Source of the DNA: Trichoplax adhaerens
Taxonomy: Eukaryota > Animalia > Placozoa
Direction of reading: 5' to 3'
Length of the DNA stretch: 64,000 nt
Assembly: GCF_000150275.1 (NCBI RefSeq)
Contig: NW_002060943.1
Location: 6,688,299 to 6,752,298, forward strand
The translations under genes were made by a program, and so were the position numbers. Positions 37,424 to 51,200 of this stretch are shown here, one piece after another (position 1 is the stretch's first letter; every line of letters begins with the position of its first letter). A model generated the notes under the pieces. That model was not told where the DNA came from. It made no database searches and was given only the letters and a program-made list of their open reading frames with translations.

Positions 37424-40070
37424 TTTTATTTATTAGGGTTAGATTCTCTCCATCAGCACTGCATAATTTCGAATTACAGAACATTATCAATTAAAAATAC
37501 TGATCTAAACTGCTACTATTACTAATGGCTTTCTCGCATGTTGGTCCTTTATGAATATCACTAAGCAACCTATGAGATTATATTGACACAGTAATTAGTC
37601 TGCTTATGTGCTCGATCATCAATTCTATTATTGCTAAATTCTAAGACAGAGCATGATTCACCCGTATTCACAAGGATTCACTAGCTTATCACTTATATGT
37701 CAGTGATATAACATCATAAATTCTTCGCCAATTACTACCTGGTATTAAAGTAAACTTTAACCTTTGCATGCAATACTAGCACATCCTAACTTAAATTGAT
37801 TGGCGAGCTAATCTATCGGCATAACTCCATTTCATTACCCTATTCAGCAGGTTAAAACCAGTTATTTCATTAAATTTATAATTTAGATAGTAATTTAGAT
37901 TTAGAGTTAATGCAATGCGTACCACAAAAAAAATTAGTCCCTATGTTTTCGTGCAACTAATCAATAAAGTTCAAGGTAATTTAACTATTTTCATTACGAT
38001 GAGCACAATAGGTTCAATTCTAGGCAATATTACTACGTCGTTTATCTAGTAAAAATATAAACTAATTCTTTGTGATTCATGCGAAATCATTTATGAAGAT
38101 GAAGCAAGGCTAATATATGATTCATCAGTAAATTAGGCTTAGTAAAGAAGTTTTCTATTCTTAACGGCATTCTTATCGGTCATAAAATTAAAAATTTCGT
38201 TGTTCTTCATCATTAATGTATTAAGGATAATGAATATACTAGTACATTAATTCTATTTAATTCTATTTAAGATGTTGTCCTTCATCATTTATGTTTTAAT
38301 GATTATTGTTACCTTATATAAAGACTAATAGATTAACTATATTTAAATATATATACGGTGTTAAGTCAGTATTTTGTGCCATATACAGATTAGGAAATTA
38401 GCGGCAATTATGTTATTATTCTTAAGTATGCACAGATTTATCCTTGTAGATTAGCAATTTGATAATAATTAGAATTAATAGTCAGAGATCTACCTAGATA
38501 TTCTATAGCGCTTCGTTCATTTATTGGATAATATTTAATCAATGTACGGGTTAATCAATAACGGATATTCGTAACTTGACCCCTAATTAAACTGCAGTAA
38601 GGCTAGAACCTTCTATAGGGTTCAAGGATTGCATCCTTTAGCGCGATATTTTCCATGCACTGTATTATATATTGAAATTTAAAGTCTTTTTTACCTAATT
38701 ATTTCATTAATAAATACTGTATCTGACAAACGGATATTTGCCTATAGGTATATTGTAGAGTGGTAAGGTCCTATAATTCGCTATGTAAATTATACAGAGC
38801 ATAGTAGAAAATGTGATTGTAAGAATAAAAAATTTAGATCTCGAGATATTCATAAAGCATGCGTAAAAAAACATAATACCCTTCGTAACTATTTTTAATT
38901 TCTTTGGGCCTTAACTTCGATATAATTGCTTGCTTACAAACTATAAAAGCAGTAAGAATGCGATAAACCTAATGACTGCTGCAAATATAGCAGCAAGTAG
39001 TTATTGTTTACGTATTATTCAAGAAATCTAAAATACGCTGATCACCAGTTTGTTTTCTACTTTTCTAGATTAAGATATGGGAAGTCAATAAAAGCGAAAT
39101 GAATTTACTGTATACTTCGAGTTTCTATTGATAAATTGCGAAAATGCTGATAAACCTACGCGAGGGCTGATTTACGAAAGACAGTTATTGAAAATACATC
39201 GTATTATTAGTCTTGATACTTGAGTTATACGGGGATACAGACTATCCAAGTAATTACAGTTACTGTTGTAGAACAATTGGGTCATGAATTTATTTTTCAG
39301 TCAAGCCAAAAAAATTATTAACATGATAATATGTGAGTATTCGTTTTATTAGTATCTGCTGATGGTATAAGATTTATAACCGTATCATTTACATTTTAAT
39401 GAATAGAATCTATACCAATTGAGCATTTATAGAGTCCCTAAAAGTTTCTAGGCCTTAGAGTCGAAATACAGGTACGCTGCGCATGCAGCATGGAAATTTC
39501 TACCTATTTTATGTAATCTATAATTGACAAAATGCCCAATCCACATTCTACTTTATAATGTTATAACCAATTGCACTCTTCAATCAACAATGATTTAAAT
39601 TAGTATGCCTTGCATAGCAAAACTGCAGCTTATTTTGGTTGCAAACGTACAAAAATAAATCATTTATCTTTGCGAGTACACTAGATTTCATTTAAATTCT
39701 TTGGGCTATTTATCGGTCGGTAAATCACATGTTTGAATTCTACATGAAATAATATAGATGTGATCAGACACTAAATTCACGATGCAACTATTTTCGTTCA
39801 CGGCATAATAGCGTATGAATATCGTTTCAAAGTGTATGATCGAGTACGGTCGATGTTTACATAATTTAATATTGCTAATATCAATCAAATGTAATCTGGT
39901 TTAAGATATGTCTAATAAATGATTCTGAACAATGACAGCAGTTATTGATTGCCGGGATTAAACCCTTGTCGTCTATGACATGAAGAACAGTAGTTATAAA
40001 TAATCTCAGATTATAGTTTCTAACAATATTAAGGAATCGACTATTTCAACAGGAATAATAATTACTAAGA

Positions 40071-41306
40071 TTAATGAGCTTCCCAGGCACATCTTCTTAG
40101 ACCAGTAGGTAAAGTATTAATATCAAGATGATTTCCACCACTTATAACACTACCAGCTAATGTGGATAGCGTGGTTGAGTTGCTGATGATACCTTTGCTT
40201 TGATCGAGACTTGTACTTGTTAGAAAAATATTGCGTTCAGAAGTATGAACTGTTGCGGGTCTATGATGGTTTCCTCGACGATATGGTCGTTTTAAAATTA
40301 ATCTTAGAACGGCTCGACGATAAGTTTTATTTGTTATGGCATATAAGAATGGATTCAGGCAGCATTTCAAGAGGACTAAAGTTGTGGTAATATTATCCAC
40401 AATCTGGCTATGCGAAATAGCTATCACTCTGCTTAATAAGATGTAAATTTCCCTTGGTATCCAGCATAATAATAAAATGACTGTTGCTACCGATGCCATA
40501 CGAGTTAAACGACGTATAGCAATAGAGGTCGAAGAGTAAGTTCGATGTCGATGATAAAGGGCTTCATTATGTAAATGAGAGTTTTGGCCTATTTTAAGGT
40601 AAGAATATGTTGTTATTAGCAGCGGCAACAAGAAACGGATCATGGATAAGGTTAAGGTGGCAGCTAACAGCAAATGATTTACTCTTAGAAAGTGATTAGA
40701 CTGAGGTAAATAATGATATTTTGCCAGTAAGCATCTTGCCACTTTTTTATTGGTTTTATTCTTGCTTGAATGAAAAGAAACGCTGAGAATATAATCAGAA
40801 GTTAGAATCGGTTGCATCAGCCAAATAGCGACAATGACCCATTTAATCCTGGCGACTGTGCAAACTTTTTTATAATTTAATGGCCGAAGGACAGCAATAT
40901 AGCGCTCGATGCTGATGGCTGCTATAGTCGCTACTGAGACTGCATTCAGCATGTAAATAGCAAATTTAGAACGAATGATATAGCAGAATAATTGGCCAGC
41001 CAATCCTTGGGGATAAGTATTAGGTGATGCAAAGAGAAAGGCCAAGATAAACGTCAGTAAAGCGACTAAACTAAGCAGAAAATCACTCATAATTAAGTTA
41101 CAAACTAATGCATTCGAAAATTTAGGGCTAATCTGACGATCACGTACAATGGCTACCAAAACAAGACCATTACACAGAAGAGCAAATATACTTAACACAC
41201 TATAGATGATGCATAAAATTTTAATGATCAATGTTCTATCCACTGGTATTGGTTGTAATGGCATCCATTGGAAGGAAGAGTTATTCCGGCATAAGTTGTA
41301 TCCCAT
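40071..41306 (-). CDS. Intronless class A orphan GPCR, 411 aa, long S/T-rich C-tail
   Basis: TM1 CN, TM2 NLIMSD, TM3 SIERY, TM4 W, TM6 CWIPREIY, TM7 NPFLY, helix 8 NKTYR. A good acceptor (TTTTCAG on the minus strand, about 41478) suggests a 5'UTR intron. Confidence 0.95.
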   Translation of the reverse strand: MGYNLCRNNSSFQWMPLQPIPVDRTLIIKILCIIYSVLSIFALLCNGLVLVAIVRDRQISPKFSNALVCNLIMSDFLLSLVALLTFILAFLFASPNTYPQGLAGQLFCYIIRSKFAIYMLNAVSVATIAAISIERYIAVLRPLNYKKVCTVARIKWVIVAIWLMQPILTSDYILSVSFHSSKNKTNKKVARCLLAKYHYLPQSNHFLRVNHLLLAATLTLSMIRFLLPLLITTYSYLKIGQNSHLHNEALYHRHRTYSSTSIAIRRLTRMASVATVILLLCWIPREIYILLSRVIAISHSQIVDNITTTLVLLKCCLNPFLYAITNKTYRRAVLRLILKRPYRRGNHHRPATVHTSERNIFLTSTSLDQSKGIISNSTTLSTLAGSVISGGNHLDINTLPTGLRRCAWEAH

Positions 41307-44300
41307 AGTGATTACTGACGTTAACTCTGAAAGTTATCGCTCTTTAACCAAGGGAGCACAAGCTTATGAGAAGATTCGCGTGCGATTTACGGTAATATCA
41401 AATGAGTATTATTGGAATCTTGCCGACTATTTCTAGTTATTGCAAGACGTTATGGCAACACCTAAGGGCAGAGTAACCTGAAAATATATAAATATGCCAA
41501 TTTTTATATTCATTCTATGGAATTTAATTCTATTTCATTAGTAAACAAGTTAGGCTACAAAACAAATGAAATAAAGAAGTTATTTTTACGTTATTTTAAC
41601 GGCATTTCATTCTAAGTTATGTTATTAATAAGATCGAGCTAAACTGCTTATGGTGATAGCAGACAAATACCTGCCGATCAGAACTCCCTATTCCTTTTAC
41701 TGTATTATTTATGAATCGATTATCTACTATCCAAAGAATTAATTTGCAATACTGTATATCTTGAGGGTAAATTATATTGAAATAGTAATAGCTATATCTA
41801 TGATTACGCGTAATCCTTAAACAAAGTGATTTTTCTTGCCTTCAGAACAGTACATTGCCTTCTATAAAAAATATTACAGAATAAAATAAATATAGCCTCA
41901 TTGAACACTGAAATGATCACCTAATACCAGTATTAGAAACTGATCAGGAAATGATGAAAGAAATAAAGAAAATGTTAAATAATTTCATTTTTGACCTGTT
42001 ATATTCATAAGAATTTCTGGATAGACATTCAGCATATTACTAAAGTCTAAGTATTATTCTATAGTTTAAAGATAGATAAAACCTAACCAATCACATCCTT
42101 ATAGCGTGTTAAAAATATGCAATCAGTCATCCTTGCTAAGCCTTCCGTTAGTCAACCATGCATGAAATTAACTCATGTAGGATTAGGTATTACTTATGGT
42201 TTACCATATCATAATACCTAATGATAGGATAATTTTCTCCCCTTAAATTTATCGAATGACTCAAATACCTTAAATATTTAACTTTTAGTGCACTAGTTTC
42301 TATCGTATTCATTATCCATAAAAGATGGGGATTTTAATACTATATTCGCTCTCTAAAGTAAAGAATTACTTTCATTAAAGCAATTCCGCGTTCTTTAAGT
42401 GTAAATATCAACGTAGTCATAATAAAGGTGTCATAAATAACCTTTTCTGCTTCTAAATAATTCTTAACTGAGGGATATTTTTATAGCTATTTCGCTCATT
42501 ATGAGAATTCTTTCAATATATTGACTGTAATCATTTATATAACGATGCAACATATCGGTATTTTTTTTCAAAATTACTTTTTATTCATAATAATAGAATA
42601 GTCTACATGCACGCTAAAGTACTAATAATAATAAACATCCTTTCAATTTCCGTATTTCCGATTTAATCTAACTACTATTAATGCACTTGATAGCCCTTCA
42701 CTTTCTTTTGTCCGTTTAATAAGGCCTTATTATCTTTCCCTTAACGTAAGATTCAGAACGCGGCAATTTCGATATCTATCAATCTTGCTGATTTTAAAAT
42801 TTATTTAAATATTTAAATGATTATATACTGTAATATATAATATAATCAGTAAATTTGATTCATTGATTTTTTCAACTTGATGAGCTGGCAAAATTATTTA
42901 TGAGTTAGCCTTCATTATGTCACAATTTTTATTCCGATATTTGCTAGTATACAAATATTCTAACGGCATATGTAACAAAATCCTATCTAGCATAACTTAG
43001 CTATCAATGATTTTAAGGGTATTAAATCATATCTCTCCTGATGAGTAGATAGAGTTTCAATTTTCTATTTTGAGCTATCGTAACTAAAGTATGATTTTTT
43101 GCAATCTATGGGGGTCGAGTTGATTCTTTTACTGGTAGCATGCAAATAGAATTGGATATCACATTTATCAATTTGGAACAAAATTAAGATTTAAAGTAAG
43201 CTAACATAGTTCTACCAACCTAATTAAATAACATGCAAAATCTTAGTAAGTTTCATTGATTTATTGTTACTAAATGATTAATTACTATACCAACAGCTTT
43301 AAATTATAAATCAAGTTTAGGCTGAATCTTCGAATTTTTATACATCATTATAATCAGTGATATTTCACTGTATATGAAAAAGAATCTACCCATAGTATGT
43401 CCTTAGTATCGATACTACATAAATTCCGTTTCCATGGCTTCCATTTCATAAATGTATTAATATATATAGCTGGATTAAGCATCATTCAGGGATATTTTAA
43501 TGCGTTACAACAACACATCCTTAGATGAAATCGAGTTGAATTTTATTCTCAAGTATTAATTCCTCAGCTCTTATAAGGTGATGCCCAACGGTAGACCATT
43601 AAAGATGTACTTAAAAGATAACTAAACGGTGACTTACTTCTTCAAGCTCAAATAGATGATGAAATTGATTATAGCTACAGAAACATTTATATTTGTTAGC
43701 GCAATAAAAGCTTATAACACGTACAGAAGATTAACAAAATTTGAAATATAACACAGTCCGTTATTTGTAGCGTAGTCGTACTAGATCAATAAATACGCGC
43801 TTAAGGGGCTTACTTTATTTCGAATATGTCACTTAATTTCATTAACCATGCAATATGGAAGCATCATTTATTCTTTTTAGTTACTGAAGCATGTTAAACA
43901 ATTTATAAGCTCGGTGGCGCCAACATTAAATAGTTAACGCTTTCGAATCCTTGTATTAAAATTGTTTATAAGCAAATATATTTTGCTATTTTCAAATCAG
44001 GTCAAAGCAAATAATGCATCTTATTATTTTATTTATCTTCTTTTTCTCAATAATTGATATAGCAGACCTTAGCGTCAGTAATGGTGTGCTAAATTTTACA
44101 TGTAATTGTGTTAAACAAGAAATCAATCTCTCCTTTTTCTTACATTATAGGGCACAATATAGTTGTTACACAAATGAGAGAGATGAAGTTGATTAATTCA
44201 CTTTTTTCGACCAAAATCAAATTCATTTTCTGTATCCGTAAGAACCGATAAAATAATTTGCTTGTAACATTGTTTTTTATCTATTTTTAACTATTATATT

Positions 44301-47299
44301 ATTAATTTCAATATTTTTGCTGGCAAGTTGTTTACCTATATTGTGTTGGATGATTGTATTCAATCAACTGTTGAAATAGAAATTAAGAACGATCATGTTT
44401 CTTATTTAATAGAGTATTTTGTTATCATATCTATCGATCCATTTATAATACAGATATTGTAATAGACTAAGGCGATAAATTTAAAAGCTGTTCCTTAATT
44501 AAGACGAAAATTGAACCTAAAATCTTCAAAAGGGCCTACAAATGCGTAAGACCTAAGTTCAATTTAATTACGAATAATTACGATAATATGACGGATTTCT
44601 ATCTCATAACAAGTGATAACTTGTCGGAAGAGTACTGTTTGTCTTAGATGTATTCTATATGCCAATATATTTACTCACTAGTTATCTATTCCTATTCTAT
44701 TTTAATATTATCGTTAGTATACTAGTCTTCTAGCAGTGCGATGAATCTAAGAGAAGCATAAAAATTACCGTTAAAATGGGAAGCTTTAACAGCAATAATA
44801 AGGCTTATATACACATTAAACTGACAGCAACCTTTATGCTTTTCTTATTAGGCTTTATTATAGTAAGTTTGATAAGAATTTGTTGATTAACATCAAAGAA
44901 TTGTACGTATTGTTATAATATTGATGTGTAACATTTGTAGTCAAAGACGGATGTTATTTATTCTGCCTCTTGAAAATAAGTCAGGCTCCTTATATCCTTG
45001 GTAAAAGCTGCCATGTACAGGTACAGGGATCAATTCGTCCATTATCCAAATGGTAAGAAATATCCAATTATAATATTAGTTTCTACCATCAATAAGAGTG
45101 GTAAATGGTATTCAGCTATATTATAATAATAGTAGAAGCTATAATTTATTTTTCGAAGCACTTAACAATTGTCAATGCATATCTTATGATAAAGATATTT
45201 ATGTCTGTGATTGTTTGATATGTAAAAAATAAACTTTTGTTTTCATAACTCTATAGAGGAAATGTAATTCTTGCTGCCATATTATAATGATCATCAATAG
45301 ATTAAAGTAGAAATCAACCTATTTATTAAGCTATATTTTCGAAATAACTGATTAATACAACAGCTGTATAAGAAAAGAAAGTTTTTAGTCCTTGCCACAC
45401 GAAATGTCTATATACAACAACAACGGCATTACACTTCCTTGACAACTCCTTTAGCTTACTAATAATATTATCTACAGTACGTTAGCGAGCGAAAAAATAC
45501 TGCTGATATAGCTAAGAATGAATATTATTTAGATACCGGATGGGCAAAATTGATGCAATCGAATTAAAATCATTATATCAGTAAGTTAGCTAGTATCATT
45601 ATGCATACTCGTAGGAGTTAAGTTATTACAGCTATGAAGCAGTATGTTATAAGTGGACCGAGATCATTATGCCTACCAGCTGGATTCTAGAGCATGAAGA
45701 CAGTTTAACATTAAAAAGATTAAAAGCAGGACTAGTAATAAGATCTTTCTTAATATACAGCAGGTTACGCAATGTGTTGGCATATGTATCTTTTAAATTC
45801 ATGTCTTACTTAGTATAGTGCATCAGAATTAGACTATTGCATTAATCGCCCAGTAAAAAATCCGTATTAATTTCATTGCTGGACGTTATAGCTTATTTAA
45901 TAGTTAAGCTTAGCGACTGAGATTTATCAGCTACTATAACGTACTAAGTTGGCCACAACGACAACGCTATCGTGTATTTTCTTACCATTTTTAAAACATT
46001 TAAATTAGTCCAAGTAACCTAAAATTTTCAATTTTTGCGCTCTTTAATAATACCTATATCGCCTTCATACCATATAATATAAAATTTACGCAGTATATCA
46101 CATCTTACCTTATTATTTAATGTTCATCAGAGCGATTTGAAATTGAGCAAGACGTGAATCTGTAGTTATATGATCTACTCATTACACTAGCAATGTAGGA
46201 TTATAATATAGGATTAGAAGCATTTAGGAGTATAGATGATAAGTACGGACGGTATGTATGCAATTACGACAAAATTTATCGGAATTCATATTGCCACTTA
46301 AGATTTTCAGTATTTTCAAAGTATCTGCTAGATTATGTTCCAATTTTAAGCAGAAGTTGAGCGAATTTCAAATTTCAGGCTACAGAATAGTAAAGTTTTA
46401 TGTAAATTTCGTTTTTATTTTGCACACGCTTCAAGATTTTAAGAATTGTATGGATCCGTAACATCAGTTTCAGATTCATTTTACCTGATAAAAGAAAACT
46501 TTGTAGCAATCATGCCTTACTTAACCGTATTTTAAAGGTGTACTTCAATTGTTAGTTTCAATATTATAGATATTAGTAATAAATGGCTTTGAGTTTATTG
46601 CGATATAGTAAGTTCACGAGCTAGTCTATTTTAATTTTAAACCGCTTAGAACGGTGAAAATCGAATGAAGCAAATTTAATTCATAATTCTGTTTAAGGAA
46701 AACCCGATATTATAGGCATCAATGACATAAATGAATCTGGATCATTGAATTTAAACATCAATCTATTTATCTTGTTAAATTAAAGTAGGAAGAGAAATCC
46801 TTTGGATTGTTCCTTTATTGTGTACTTGTGGTTTACTATCATGGATCGACTCTTCATCAAAGATTGCTACTACCATTTAGAGTTCAATTGGCCGTGACAT
46901 ATCAGTAAGAATCTGTAGAATCTGCAAAGGAATGTTTATCACAGCGTTGATCAATGCTTGCTAAAGCATGTAAGGGTTATAGTATGATTTTTAAGATTAG
47001 AATCAACCCCCTTGCATTATAAGTAGAACATCTCCTGCTTCCGGGTTTATTGCGCTATGATTAACCAATCTTCTACCGATTGGATATTTAAAGCTTATGT
47101 TATAGTTTACTAGATTGAATAGATACCAATCTATTACCACAAGAACATTTATGAATCGCCTTGAACGTAGAGACAAATAAGGAAGAACCCCAGCACCTTA
47201 TTAATCAATAAGATAAAATGCTTCTATGTGATTACACTAGCAATTGAAAGCGATAAAAACTATCTATTTGGTAGTTAAATAATTTCTATCTCATAAATG

Positions 47300-48239
47300 G
47301 ACAATTTTTATTATAAATACAACATAAGGCTTTTATTATAGCCGTTTTCGATTACATTTTATGGATCTATAGTTTTTTTTGGATAGGCTCTCATTCGATT
47401 TCAACATTTAAAATATTGCCGTATCCTGTGATGATAAGAAAAACTGAGAAGCTACAATATCTTCAGTTTACGGCTTGCATAGAAAATGATAGTTCAGATA
47501 AAGAAGTACGGCAGCAAACGATATAATAAAAAGACTATTTCACCTGCTATAAAATCATGAAATTTCGAGATCTTTATGTCGCATAATGGAAATAAGTAAC
47601 TAAAATAAGAAGTCGTGATGATTTATAATCATGGCTATGCCAATAATAGAAGATCTTTCATCTGTGTACTATGAAAATCGAAGTATTAGTAGCACACTCT
47701 CGCAGTAGGAATAAACCTTGACTAACTTCAAATAGAATCCAAAATATGAACAATACCAGATAGAGCGTGTTTAAAAAAAGATTAGGAAGAAAAGAAATTT
47801 ATTTAATCAGTATTTGTTGAATTTTAATTTACTGTATAGTCAAAGTTAATTAATTATTCTAACGATCGAGTTTTTTCATGCAATAAAATGTTACTAATTG
47901 TTTCACATAGCGACCGATCATGGCGAAATTCCGCATTTGTTAATCATGACGGAGTCATAGGAAGAAGTAGGAGACAATTTAATGCCGTTACCGATCGTCC
48001 ATACTTAATGTCGACAATAATGCTGTAAGCTAATTGATCTTCATTAAATGAAGCCAAGACTCCGATCAACATGACAGTTTACATCTATAAAATGGTTGTG
48101 TAGCTATTTGCAAAGTCAAAAAGAGAGTACGATCTATCAAATCACCTATCAAGTTACAGTAAGATTAGCGAAGGAATTGAGTTAAGCATCCTTATTTACC
48201 AGGAGAAAAGAAAACCTTGAAATTGAGCACAATACAGTT
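47300..48239 (-). pseudogene. Possible highly decayed class A GPCR relic
   Basis: Minus-strand reading NCIVL...*SYCNLIGDL...C*...LSTLSMDDR (TM1/TM2/TM3-like, with stops), then FEVSQ/FIPT..VCY (TM5-like), IVFLLYRLLP (TM6-like) and NRKR/YNKSL (helix 8-like), at spacings close to the neighbouring receptors. Requires several frameshifts. Confidence 0.3.
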
Positions 48240-51200
48240 ATATGTTTCTAAGAAAGAAACAGTCTCTTTACATAATTATTTTAATTTCTTTAGAAAGAAT
48301 GTTTAATTTTGTTTCAAAGACTATCCATTTTGTTGGCAATTGTCTACAGGGATTATGTCACTTTTCAATATTGCTTTGCTAGGGGCTATCCGGGCTAATC
48401 CTTAGCCTTCATTCTTAGCCTAATCAAATTCTAATTGAAATTGAAATTCTAAATTTAACATCAATGTAGTTATTCATGAAATTAATGATTCTAAGAAAAG
48501 AAAGAAAAAATTCAAGAGCATGATTGTTCTATTTCCAGTAATTCATGATCTGATGCAGCCAGCAAATTTATAATTTAGCTATAGTCGTCATAATTAACAC
48601 TGAAGTTGTTAAATCAATAACTGTAGATGCTTAATCTTTCTATTAATTTAACCTGGATTAGAAGGTATTTAAGTTTCGATCACAAGTTAAATAACAAGAA
48701 AAAATACTTCAATCTAAGATAAAATAGAGTCAATAACTACAGTTAGCACATTATTCGATAAATTGATCAAATATTTTTCTCTTAGCAATATTGCTATTAT
48801 TATAATAACCATCAAATCATCGTTTTCCAAATATAGAAAGGGCAAAATACTATACTAATAATAAAATAGATCTTTCGGTTTCTTTTTCAAAACAATTCGA
48901 ACAAGATTGAAGTTATTCTCTTTGTATTGAAGAAATATTTTCATTCCATTACTGAGATGACTCATTGCTATTGTAAATCCAGGACTAAGTAAGATACTTG
49001 CAAATAGTATAAATAGGTCAGTATTGAAAAATTTGAGAGTATTAATTGATGTATTCATATTCTTATAACTCACTATGGTATCCTACTTCAAATTGTTTTG
49101 TGAAAATAGTTATCGCACCACCTATTGGAATATAACTCATTACCTTTTCTGCTGAAAGTAGCCATAGTTGATCTTTAGTTCTAAACCACCAGATAAACAT
49201 CTAATTACCTGTTAATTTTGTTGACTACCATTATTATTTTTCAATTCATTCAGGTATCATAAAGCAATAATGAAAAAGTAAGAGTTTTGATAAAACAGAA
49301 AACAATACTGAAGAAACTAATTCATTATGGCAGCACAATCTGCCATTCGAAATGCTTCGTTATGTGTAGATGATACGCTAGTTTGTTCTTCATAATTGTC
49401 TGCATTACGTTCATACTAGCTTGATATATTGATTGGTAAAGTAATTAGATCATAAATAATCCATAAACTAGGATGTTTACTTGTGATTGAATGTACACGC
49501 TGACTGGATTACCAATACTTCAACAGCAGCATTAAATTTGAATAAGTTACAAATATTCTATCATGCAATCATATCAAATTCAACGATGTATTAGTAAGCA
49601 TCGTTATTATGATGCAGGGTTCAATGATTCAGTGATAGTAAATTTCTCAGAAAATAGAGAACACTATAAGTACTTTAAATAATTAAATATGACAAGATAT
49701 AGGTTTAGAGTGCAATATAATTATAACAGTATCTATAATAAAAAAACAAGTTAGAAGGTCTGTATTAAGTATACGGATATGCTACAAGTACAAGCCTATC
49801 TTAACCTTAATACACTACATTATCGTTACACCAAATATATTTTTATATTTAGATAGAATACTGATTATAATTACGGATTAAGTTCAGATATCCAAAGTTT
49901 ATAAAATGAAAGTTGTAATATAAATACTTCGCCTTGCAATGCCTATGTTAAATATATATTACAAGCATAATGCAATCTTAATACAATACCGTATCTTTAT
50001 AGTAAATGTTTTTTATTTAGACAAAATGCAGATTACAGATTAGGCTTAAATATCTAAAGTTTATAAAGTGATAGTTGTAGCAGAAGTGCTAAGTTAACGT
50101 AAAAATGGATATCCATGTTATCTTTTCATGGACTTACATTAGTTATACGTTATCATTTTGGACCAGTATGCCATATTTTGAAGTTTATAGTCGTGGCCCA
50201 ACTTCGACACAATATTTGGGTATATTATTAGCATAATATTTGTGCTGCACTTTCTAATTGTGTAGTATATAGCCTCATGTAAATTGCAATGAATTAATTT
50301 TGTGATTATTATAATCAGCAAACTGGCTGGTAAACAAATTAGAAAGAAAAATAAAGATCAAGTAGTAGATAAAACAATCATATGAATAGCATAAAATATT
50401 TAGTTTACAGTGTGAGAGAAAACCAAGTGAGACTCTTTCACTCTGGAAGTTGGCTTTGTAAAGGAAAACTTAGGAAAAAAATATTGTCATCGCTGCGCAT
50501 ATGATCTTGAATGTCTATTCCAAATGTATTTGAATGCTAAGGAATAATGTAGTAAAAAATATATGGTAATAACTGAGAGACCTTTACAAATATGTTTTTG
50601 AAAGTGATGTGGCAAGGTAACGATGTAAAAGAAGTGCAGAAGATGGTAGTAGCCAGACAAGAGAAATTAGAGAAATAGTTATATCCAGCAATAGTTGACA
50701 TTAACTATATATTCACTGCTATATATTTGTGATAAAGCTCTTTTAACCACTATATATATACTGCATATAGATATATGAGAAGTCGACAGAAGAGAACTCC
50801 TATTGCGACTTAATTGTTACAAGTTAGTATGCAACATGAAACTTTGTTAAGCATGATGCAATATCTACTAACGAGTATTTATTAGCTGCATGCGTATAGC
50901 ACTATCTGCATGACATAACTTATATATACGCGCACGAAAATTCTCACTAGTTATGCATAGGATTATCATAGGATGATATATTCAAGTTTGATGATGAATA
51001 CTATCAAATTTTATTTTTCAAAAGCCCTAAAATCCAGCATATATTTATATTACTCTATTTTGCACACCATGATCGGATGTCTGCATATTGCAATATTGTT
51101 TATCTCTGTCAATTTTAATCAGTTTTCCCAAACGCAGGCAAAAATTAGTTGCAAATGAAACATCAATTGCAATTTAGATCTGATTTGTAATAAAGTATGC

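Noticed and set aside
48855-49073. 72-aa hydrophobic ORF as a GPCR TM2 fragment
   Set aside because: Only a vague LLSPGF resemblance; no flanking TM1 or TM3 motifs in register.
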